Origin: Candidatus Micrarchaeota archaeon
GTDB taxonomy: Archaea > Micrarchaeota > Micrarchaeia > Anstonellales > Bilamarchaeaceae
NCBI GenBank assembly: GCA_040754495.1
Contig: JBFMCO010000022.1
Span: 18,233-82,232 of the forward strand
DNA length: 64,000 nt
Reading direction: 5' to 3'
A program made the translations under genes and the position numbers. Each line of letters begins with the position of its first letter. Position 1 is the first letter of the stretch. The notes under the pieces were generated by a model. It did no database searches and had not been told where the DNA came from. It was given only the letters and a program-made list of their open reading frames with translations. Positions 24,704-31,777 of the stretch are shown in pieces.

Positions 24704-25228
24704 CTAGCGGCCCGTCCTGATTCTGTCCGCGAAGCGCTCCATGGAGCAGGATGGGTTCCCGGGGTCGCGGACCGCCATCTCCAGCTCCTTGAGCCGCAAT
24801 CCGTCGGGATGGGCGCGGTCTATGAAGCGCGCGATAATTTTTCCGCCCTCTTCATGGAGCGAGAGATACCAGTATTTCACCCACTGCGAGATGTCGCCGA
24901 GAGTCTCGCCTTCCATGCGCGGCCTCTGCCTCGACGACTTGGTGTCGCAGAGCTCGAGGCCGCCCTCGAAGCGGGAGAGCCGGACCTTCGGCGGGAACGC
25001 GAGCGCCACGTAGATGTCGAAGCCCGGCTCTGCGCCGAGCGTCCTGCAAAGCTCGGCGATGGCTTGCCGGGCCTCCACGGTCTTCCGCATGGGTATCGGC
25101 CAGCCGGGGCTCGCCTTCCCGGCACGGTCGCCTTCCGGTTTCATGGCATCCAGCTCCCGCCTGGGGGGCCGGCCTGGCTTTTCCGGCGTGTCCGTTTCGC
25201 GGGGCGGGCCGGTGATCCTTTTGACCAT
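24704..25228 (-). CDS. small hypothetical protein, first gene of the convergent array (distant or unrelated to the paralogs)
   Basis: ORF track, ATG at 25228. Pro/Arg/Glu-rich N-tail like its neighbours. 40-nt spacer to the next gene. Confidence 0.5.
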   Translation of the reverse strand: MVKRITGPPRETDTPEKPGRPPRRELDAMKPEGDRAGKASPGWPIPMRKTVEARQAIAELCRTLGAEPGFDIYVALAFPPKVRLSRFEGGLELCDTKSSRQRPRMEGETLGDISQWVKYWYLSLHEEGGKIIARFIDRAHPDGLRLKELEMAVRDPGNPSCSMERFADRIRTGR

Positions 25229-25283
25229 AGGATATTACTTATGGTTATCAACATTTTTAAACAGAATTAATGACATATTGTGC
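25229..25283. promoter_or_regulatory. AT-rich divergent intergenic region (candidate bidirectional promoter)
   Basis: 55 bp between divergent starts 25228 (-) and 25284 (+). Contains ATTTTTAAAC and TTAATGA, in contrast to the GC-rich surroundings. Confidence 0.35.
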
Positions 25284-26207
25284 ATGATGCTCGCAGGACC
25301 CAGGGCCAGGCTTGCGCAGAGGGCTGCAAGGTTCTCTTCGTACGCGGTGCTTGCCGGCAGCCTGATGGGCGGATGCCATGACAAAGGCGGTGCCGCCCCT
25401 GCCGAAGACGGGGGCGCCGAACTTCCGTTCTACCGGCTTCCGAGGGAGAGGGACGCGTCAGCGCCGGATTCCGCAGGGGCAATGCCGCCGGCGGCTGCTC
25501 CGCCTGGCACGCAGAGCGCCATACGAGGCCCCCCGCCGCAACGCTCAAGCCTCGGCTGCCAGGACGGGATGGCGAATGCGGGCAGGTACTGCATAGACGC
25601 TTACGAAGTCCACCTCGTGGACGGAACGGGCTCGCCCCGTCCCTATTACACGCGCCCGCCGGAGGACATGCGGGGGCTTAGGGCGGCGACTGCTCCGGGC
25701 GTGTTCCCGCAGGGCTACCTGAACCAGCTCCAGGCGCGCACGGCGTGCCGGAATGCGGGCAAGAGGCTCTGCACGCTCGAGGAGTGGCAGGGCGCGTGCA
25801 GGGGAAGCGGAGGCATGAGGTATCCATATGGCATGTCGTTCGAGGAAGGGAGATGCAATACGCTGAAGTCGCCGCACATACTCGACAAAATCTTCCCGGA
25901 CATACCGCACCTCCGGCGCATGGGCAGGGAGTTCAACGACCCGAGGCTCCTGCAGGAGCCGGGCTACCTGGCGAGGGGCGGCGAATACAGCGGCTGCGCC
26001 ACGGAGAGCGGGATTCACGACATGGCCGGAAACCTCTCGGAATGGGTGGATGATTCCGTGGAGCGGGACGGCATGCTGTATGGGACTTTCGCGGGCGGAC
26101 CTTTCAGCGGGCCGGTGAAAGGCGGGTGCGGGCACTGGACGAGCGTGCATGCGGCGAAATACTCGGATTACTCGATAGGGACAAGGTGCTGCGCGGACGG
26201 GCGGTAG
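25284..26207 (+). CDS. FGE-sulfatase/SUMF1-type (C-lectin fold) domain protein with lipoprotein-like N-terminus
   Basis: In-frame ATG at 25284 (MMLAGPRARL...LAGSLMGGC). Motifs CRNAGKRLCTLEEWQGAC and GIHDMAGNLSEWVDD are typical of the FGE-sulfatase domain. The upstream part of ORF 25014..26207 overlaps the - strand gene. Confidence 0.65.
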   Translation: MMLAGPRARLAQRAARFSSYAVLAGSLMGGCHDKGGAAPAEDGGAELPFYRLPRERDASAPDSAGAMPPAAAPPGTQSAIRGPPPQRSSLGCQDGMANAGRYCIDAYEVHLVDGTGSPRPYYTRPPEDMRGLRAATAPGVFPQGYLNQLQARTACRNAGKRLCTLEEWQGACRGSGGMRYPYGMSFEEGRCNTLKSPHILDKIFPDIPHLRRMGREFNDPRLLQEPGYLARGGEYSGCATESGIHDMAGNLSEWVDDSVERDGMLYGTFAGGPFSGPVKGGCGHWTSVHAAKYSDYSIGTRCCADGR

Positions 26208-26222
26208 CGGTTTCCTGCCTTA

Positions 26223-26837
26223 TTATTTCGGGACGAACGAGACGCGCCTCCCTTCGACCGCATAAGCGCCTTTCGAGAAAGAGTCCACGACTTTCGCATA
26301 CGCCTTGTGCTCGTGCGCGAGTATTTTCGCGGCGACCTCCTCCGCGCTAATGCAATCCGCGATATCCACGGCCTCCTGGTAGATTATGGGGCCGGCGTCC
26401 AGGCTCTCGTCCACGAAATGGATGGTGAGCCCTGACACCTTCGCGCCGTAGTCGAAAGCCTGCTTCTGCGCGTCCGAGCCCGGGAAGGACGGGAGGAGGG
26501 CCGGGTGGATGTTGATTATCCTGTTCCGGTACGCATCGAGAAGCGCCTTTCCCTTGAGGAGCAGCATGTAGCCGGCCAGCACGACGAGCTCCGCCCCGTA
26601 TCGTTCAAGCAGCTCGAGGATGCGCATATCGAGCTCGCCGCGGCTCCCGAACGACTTCCGCTCCACCAGCTCGACAGGGATGCCGTTCTCCTTTGCGATT
26701 GAGACGGCCGGCGCATCAGGGTTGTTGGTGATGAGCACCTTCACTTCTGCGTCGCAGCGGCCGGCACGGATTTCCCCGAGAATCGCGCTGAAGTTGCTTC
26801 CCCTCCCGGAGGCCAGGACCGCCACCTTGACTGCCAT
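26223..26837 (-). CDS. purN: phosphoribosylglycinamide formyltransferase
   Basis: MAVKVAVLASGRGSNF...VLAGYM...IINIHPALLPSFPG...GLTIHFVDESLDAGPII. Full-length PurN-like pattern. Confidence 0.85.
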   Translation of the reverse strand: MAVKVAVLASGRGSNFSAILGEIRAGRCDAEVKVLITNNPDAPAVSIAKENGIPVELVERKSFGSRGELDMRILELLERYGAELVVLAGYMLLLKGKALLDAYRNRIINIHPALLPSFPGSDAQKQAFDYGAKVSGLTIHFVDESLDAGPIIYQEAVDIADCISAEEVAAKILAHEHKAYAKVVDSFSKGAYAVEGRRVSFVPK

Positions 26838-26887
26838 GCATATATGCGGGGAGAAAATGTTTTAATTATCTTGTGCGAAAGGAGCGC

Positions 26888-27175
26888 ATGGGGGAAAATT
26901 ATTCCGGCAGGTTCGCGATACCGGATGTGCCGGGGACGGAGCCTATTGAGAGCATCGTGGCCAGGCTTCGGCGCGACATCGCCTCCGATTGCTCGGGCCT
27001 CCTGCGGAGGGCGAAAACCGCCAGGGTGTCCCAGGCCGGCTCTTACCGGGCCCGCGTCTGGGAGAGCAGGATTTGCAGGATAATCGAGGCGAACGCGACG
27101 ACTTTCAGCATACTGGAGCTGAGGCGGCTCAAGCGCGAATGCACCGTGCTTTCGCAGGAGCTGCGGGGATTCTGA
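26888..27175 (+). CDS. small hypothetical protein (weak call)
   Basis: ORF 26873..27175; ATG at 26888 follows AAAGGAG. It fills an otherwise empty 370-nt gap between two - strand genes. No recognisable motif. Confidence 0.3.
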   Translation: MGENYSGRFAIPDVPGTEPIESIVARLRRDIASDCSGLLRRAKTARVSQAGSYRARVWESRICRIIEANATTFSILELRRLKRECTVLSQELRGF

Positions 27176-27208
27176 GCCTTGCCCTTTGCGCAAGCCGCGT
27201 GGCCAGGC

Positions 27209-28393
27209 CTACTCTTCGGTTATCCTCAGATTAGGATTGCACATCGCCCGCTCGATGAATTGCATGTGCTCCATGCTTATCGGGGCGATGCCCGCCGCTT
27301 CCCGTATTTTCTGCCCGTCGAGCATCTCCTCGTGGCTGCGGCCGCCAAGGCTCGTGAAGATTGCGCCCGCGAGGATGTCGGCCCACTTTCGCAGGAAATC
27401 CTCCCCCACCGCGAATGCCCCGGCGCCGAGCTGGCGCATGGAGCTGTCGAAAGACGGCAGTACCACCGTAACGTCAACTCCGTGCAGCATCATAGAGCGG
27501 AACGCTTCCGCCGGGTCGGAATAAAGCGCCTGGAGCATGTATGCCGCAATCTCCATCACGTCGCGCGGGAGCGGAACGTTGCCGTTGGCCTCGCGCTCGA
27601 GCATATGGGCCACCTCGTGCGCGAATGCCGAGCCTATCTGCGCGTTCAGTGAGCGCATCAGGAACTCGCGGGGGCTGCCGCTTTCCGCGGCGATCGACGC
27701 GAGCCTGGATATCATCAGCCGCAGGCACGACACATCCAGCGCGAAAAGGACGCTTGCCTCCTCCGTCAGCCCTTCCGCGGCGAACGCCCTTGCGAGGGCC
27801 TCTCCGGCCGCCCCGGCCCCGGTCCTTGCAAGGGATATCCTCATGCCTTCCGGGCGGCAGTCCAGCTCTTCCGGGCCGGCCAGCCAGAAATCAAGCAGCT
27901 GCGCGAGCCTGGCGGCGTTCTGCGTGGCGTTGAGCTCGAACCACAGGAGGCCCTCCATGCCCATGTTGAACCTGGCCCGGCCCACCCTCATCCCGTCCGA
28001 CTCGTCAAGGAACACGTGAACGGGCCGGCCGAAGGCCTCGAAACTGTGCAGCATGAGGCCCACGCTCTCCGGCCGGCCGAAGCGGGAGTGGAGCCCCCGG
28101 GAGAGGAACACCTCCCTTATCCCGGAGAGCACCTGGTGCCTCACGATTTCAGGGCTGTCGCCGCCGAGGGGGCGGAGGGCCTCCGAGATATCGCAGCGAA
28201 GGTTGTGATCCGTCATGCGCAGCTCCCGGATGAAGCGGCGCGAGGACGGGCCCGGGTTTCCGAACGCCTTTGCCAGCTTCAGGCCCTCCAGCACCGGCTC
28301 GTCAACTAGTCCTTTGAGCCGTCCGAACTTGAATGTCTTGCGCCGGAGCATGGGCGCGCAATATGACTTTATCTGCTCCTTGCCTACTGCCAC
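27209..28393 (-). CDS. hypothetical protein with HExxH motif
   Basis: ORF track, 394 aa. IGSAFAHEVAHMLEREANG contains HEVAH. No other family features recognised. Confidence 0.55.
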   Translation of the reverse strand: MAVGKEQIKSYCAPMLRRKTFKFGRLKGLVDEPVLEGLKLAKAFGNPGPSSRRFIRELRMTDHNLRCDISEALRPLGGDSPEIVRHQVLSGIREVFLSRGLHSRFGRPESVGLMLHSFEAFGRPVHVFLDESDGMRVGRARFNMGMEGLLWFELNATQNAARLAQLLDFWLAGPEELDCRPEGMRISLARTGAGAAGEALARAFAAEGLTEEASVLFALDVSCLRLMISRLASIAAESGSPREFLMRSLNAQIGSAFAHEVAHMLEREANGNVPLPRDVMEIAAYMLQALYSDPAEAFRSMMLHGVDVTVVLPSFDSSMRQLGAGAFAVGEDFLRKWADILAGAIFTSLGGRSHEEMLDGQKIREAAGIAPISMEHMQFIERAMCNPNLRITEE

Positions 28394-28504
28394 GTCATGA
28401 TTATCCTAGGGAACGTTTTAAAAAGTGGTCTAACGTTAAATATGATGGGCAATGCTTCAAAATGATTTAATTCCTTGCCAATCCAGTACATCACGGCGGT
28501 AGTC

Positions 28505-29209
28505 ATGCTGAGCATCGTGATACCAACATACAACGAGGAGGAGCACATCGGGGGGCTCCTCGAATCACTTAAGCCTCAGCTCGCGGAAGGCGACGAGATA
28601 ATAGTAGTGGACAGCCGCAGCCATGACCGCACAGCGGAGATAGCGCGGAGGCATGGCGCGAGGGTGATAGAGGAGCCCAAGAGAGGGAACGGCCTTGCGA
28701 GGACGGCCGGCGCGAGAGCCGCCCGGAACGGCATAGTGGTATTCGTTGACGCAGACTGCGTCCCCTCGGGCGGCTTCCTGGCGCGGATAAGGAGGCATTT
28801 TGCCTCGCAGGAGACCGTTGCCGTGGGCGGCCTCGACTTATATCACTCCGAATCCGGCCTGAACAGGCTCGTATATGACACGTTTTCCAGGAGCGTGTTC
28901 TTTTCCGCCATGCTGACGCACGCGCTGACAGGCAGGTATTGGCTCGCCTCGAACAACTCCGCCTACAGGAAGGACGTGTTCCTTTCCGCAGGCGGCTACC
29001 GCTCCGTGATATGCGAGGACACGGACCTCACGCGGAGGCTCCCTCCATCTAAGCACGTGGTGTATGACGCTCATCTCGTGCTCTCGCTCTCGGACCGCAG
29101 GTTCAAAAAAGACGGATTCCTGAGCACCATCTCGCTCTGGGGCAGGAGCAACATAGCCGCATGGACCGGCAGGGGCGCCGACAGCTCCGCCTACAAGACG
29201 TCCTATTAG
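28505..29209 (+). CDS. family 2 glycosyltransferase
   Basis: ATG at 28505. LSIVIPTYNEEEHI...IIVVDSRSHDRT...VVFVDADC (DxD) is a GT-A/GT2 pattern. Confidence 0.75.
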   Translation: MLSIVIPTYNEEEHIGGLLESLKPQLAEGDEIIVVDSRSHDRTAEIARRHGARVIEEPKRGNGLARTAGARAARNGIVVFVDADCVPSGGFLARIRRHFASQETVAVGGLDLYHSESGLNRLVYDTFSRSVFFSAMLTHALTGRYWLASNNSAYRKDVFLSAGGYRSVICEDTDLTRRLPPSKHVVYDAHLVLSLSDRRFKKDGFLSTISLWGRSNIAAWTGRGADSSAYKTSY

Positions 29210-30660
29210 GCGCGCTTCCATCTGACGCCGCCGGCCGCGGCCTTGTCCTCGAGCATGATGCCTGCTTCCTTCAGCCTCGCCCGGATGGCATCCGACTTCC
29301 CGTAGTCCTTTTTGGCTCTCGCCTCGTCGCGCATGCGGATTAGCGCCTCGAGCGCCGCCTCCGCGCTTCCGGCCGCCGGCGCCCCGAATTCAAGCAGGAG
29401 CGCGGAGAGCGCCGCGGCCAAATCATCGAGGCCAGCCTTCTTCTCCTCGAGGCCGAGCACCCACAGCATGCCTGAAAGCGAATCCGAGACCTTCCGGAGC
29501 TGCTCGTGGTCTACGCGGCCGCTCATGTGGGCATTCGCGATGCGGAGCAGGTTGAAGAGGGAGGCGATCGCCTCGGGCGTCCGGAGGTCGTCTTCCATGC
29601 AGGCGTGGAAGTCCGCAATCAGCGCGTCGCTCTTTTTCCTGAATTCCTCGTCCCTGTGCCCGTCGCCCTTCGTGGTGTCTATCTCGCGGATGAGGCCCAG
29701 CGAGTTGAATATCCTCTCCACGCTCTCCTCCATCGAGTCGAGAACGTCCTCGTCGTAGTCAAGCGGGCTGCGGTAGTGGGCCTGGAGGTAGAAGAGGCGG
29801 AGGGCGTTCGGGCTGCTCCGCGATAGGGCCTGCGCAAGCGTCACGAAGTTCCCGAGGGACTTGCTCATCTTCTCCCCTTCCACGGTCAGGAAGCCGAAGT
29901 GCATCCAGTGCCTGCAGAACTGCTCCCCGCTCGCAGCCTCGCTTTGCGCGATTTCGTTCTCATGGTGCGGGAATATCAGGTCCCGCCCCCCGCCGTGGAC
30001 GTCGAGCGTGCCGCCCGCGTACTTTCCCGCCATCGCAGAGCATTCTATGTGCCAGCCGGGCCTCCCCCTGCCCCAGGGGCTGTCGAACTCGATGATTTCG
30101 CCGCTCGTCTTTTTCCACAGCGCGAAATCGGCCGGGTCCTTCTTCGTTTCCTCGACCTCGAAGCGCGAGCCGGCCCGTATCTCCTCCAGGTTCTGCCCCG
30201 AGAGCGAGCCGTAACGGGGGAATGAGGAGATGTCGAAATAGACGCCGCTTTTCGTCTCGTACGCCTTCCCGCGCGCAATCAGCTTCTGCACGAGCGCGAT
30301 GATGTCCGGGATGTGCCCTGTGACCTTCGGATAGACGTCGGCCGGGAGGATGGAGAGCTTGCCAAAAAGCTCGAGCGCCTCGTCGTGGTTGGCTTTCGTC
30401 AGCGCGGCCGGGTCTGCCCCGGTCTCCTTGCAGCGCCTGATTATCTTGTCGTCAACGTCGGTTATGTTCTGGATATGGTAGATGATATGCCCACTGCGGA
30501 GGAGGTAGCGCTTCAGCACGTCGAATGAGACGTACGCCCGGGCGTGGCCTATGTGCGCGCTGTCGTAGGGGGTGAGGCCGCAGACGTACATCACGACCTT
30601 CCTGCCGCGCGGCGGGGAGAAGTCTTCCGCCCGCTTTGTGAGCGAATTGAAAAGGCGCAT
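29206..30660 (-). CDS. cysS: cysteine--tRNA ligase
   Basis: From MRLFNSLTK... MYVCGLTPYDSAHIGHAR (HIGH), KMSKSLGNF (KMSKS), WHIECS. The ORF-track N-terminal extension to 30936 overlaps the divergent gene and is not credible. Confidence 0.85.
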   Translation of the reverse strand: MRLFNSLTKRAEDFSPPRGRKVVMYVCGLTPYDSAHIGHARAYVSFDVLKRYLLRSGHIIYHIQNITDVDDKIIRRCKETGADPAALTKANHDEALELFGKLSILPADVYPKVTGHIPDIIALVQKLIARGKAYETKSGVYFDISSFPRYGSLSGQNLEEIRAGSRFEVEETKKDPADFALWKKTSGEIIEFDSPWGRGRPGWHIECSAMAGKYAGGTLDVHGGGRDLIFPHHENEIAQSEAASGEQFCRHWMHFGFLTVEGEKMSKSLGNFVTLAQALSRSSPNALRLFYLQAHYRSPLDYDEDVLDSMEESVERIFNSLGLIREIDTTKGDGHRDEEFRKKSDALIADFHACMEDDLRTPEAIASLFNLLRIANAHMSGRVDHEQLRKVSDSLSGMLWVLGLEEKKAGLDDLAAALSALLLEFGAPAAGSAEAALEALIRMRDEARAKKDYGKSDAIRARLKEAGIMLEDKAAAGGVRWKRA

Positions 30661-30762
30661 CGGAGATTTGTGCGCTCGAAAAATATTTATAAAGATACCA
30701 TACGAGTATAAGCCCAAACCGCTCCGGAATCCGGAGGGGAGTCTAGCAGGGAGGTATTGATT

Positions 30763-31134
30763 ATGGCAGAAGAGAAAAAAGAGGTCAAAGCGCCTGCGAT
30801 GGCGTCGACCACCGTCTCTGGGCTGAGCAATGAGAGCAAGTTGTGGGCGGCGTTGTGCTACGTCTTCCCCATCCTCATGTTCATCCTGGTCTACGTGATG
30901 GAGGACAAGAAGAAGGACAAGTTCATCTTCTTCCATGCATGGCAGAGCCTCCTGGCAGGCCTTGCGGGCTGGGCAATCTCCATGGTGATTGCGGTCGTCA
31001 CGTTCGGCATCGGCTCGCTGTGCTTCCCGGTTTACTGGCTGGTGCTGCTCTACTTCGCGTACAAGGCATACCAGGGCGAGAAGTTCCTGCTGCCGACGAT
31101 TGGCCCGATGGCCGAGCAGTACGCCAGCAAGTGA
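30763..31134 (+). CDS. small membrane protein, DUF4870-like
   Basis: ATG at 30763 after GGGAGGT. LWAALCYVFPILMFILVYV...FFHAWQSLLAG. Three hydrophobic segments. Confidence 0.55.
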   Translation: MAEEKKEVKAPAMASTTVSGLSNESKLWAALCYVFPILMFILVYVMEDKKKDKFIFFHAWQSLLAGLAGWAISMVIAVVTFGIGSLCFPVYWLVLLYFAYKAYQGEKFLLPTIGPMAEQYASK

Positions 31135-31235
31135 GTTTTTTTCATTTTTCTTTCTTATTTTCCCTCTTTATCCGGGAATTCGGACACCAATAGCGGATTT
31201 TTAAAACTTATCCCCGATTTATCCGCGGTGATAAT

Positions 31236-31685
31236 TTGGGTATTGATATTGGCAAATCGCTGAAAGTGGCGACAATTCCGATCGTGATTCTTATCGCCAT
31301 CGGGGTGTTTTCGAGCATCGTCGGGGCCATCCCGGTCCTGAACATACTCTTGTGCCTCGTGGGCATACCCCTCGCGCTTGTGAGCTGGGTGGTTACCGCC
31401 TGGTCCGGGTACAAGGCGGTCAAGGAAGCGCAGATGGACCTCGTAGGCGGCGCGGTCACCGGCGGCCTCACGGCCCTCATAGCGGGCATAGTGAACGGCA
31501 TCGTCAGCTTCGTGCTCAGCCTCCTCGGCATGGGCGTCGGGGTTGCTACCGGCGGTGACGTTGGCGGCGCTGCGGTTGGCGCGGGCTTCGGCCTGGTCTT
31601 CATCGTGATAGGCATCGTGGTCGGCACGATATTCGGCCTGGTGCTCGGTGCGATAGGCGCTTTCGTAGCAGGGATGAAGAAGTAG
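31236..31685 (+). CDS. Gly-rich multi-pass membrane protein, hypothetical
   Basis: ORF track (TTG start). Almost entirely hydrophobic/Gly-rich (GVATGGDVGGAAVGAGFGLVFIVIGIVVG). The antisense 172-aa ORF is a shadow. Confidence 0.5.
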   Translation: MGIDIGKSLKVATIPIVILIAIGVFSSIVGAIPVLNILLCLVGIPLALVSWVVTAWSGYKAVKEAQMDLVGGAVTGGLTALIAGIVNGIVSFVLSLLGMGVGVATGGDVGGAAVGAGFGLVFIVIGIVVGTIFGLVLGAIGAFVAGMKK

Positions 31686-31777
31686 GTTTCTTTTTCCCTT
31701 ATTTTTCCCTTTTCTCTATTCTTCAAGACCCTAGACCGGAAACTGGAAACCGCAAGTCATACCTGAGGCCCGGGAGT

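Noticed and set aside
25284-26207. FGE-sulfatase/C-lectin-fold protein as a diversity-generating retroelement (DGR) target
   Set aside because: This fold is a common DGR variable-protein scaffold. However, I found no reverse transcriptase ORF and no second copy (template repeat) of the gene's 3' end anywhere in the window. A TR/RT outside the window cannot be excluded.
30661-30936. N-terminal extension of the cysS ORF (track start 30936)
   Set aside because: The CysRS homology begins at MRLFNSLTK (ATG 30660). The extension overlaps the divergent membrane-protein gene and its ribosome-binding site.
31208-31726. 172-aa - strand ORF opposite the Gly-rich membrane protein gene
   Set aside because: Both frames are open because of the repetitive composition. 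The + frame gives coherent transmembrane helices, while the - frame gives a Pro/Thr/Ala-rich string. The strand choice remains only moderately confident.
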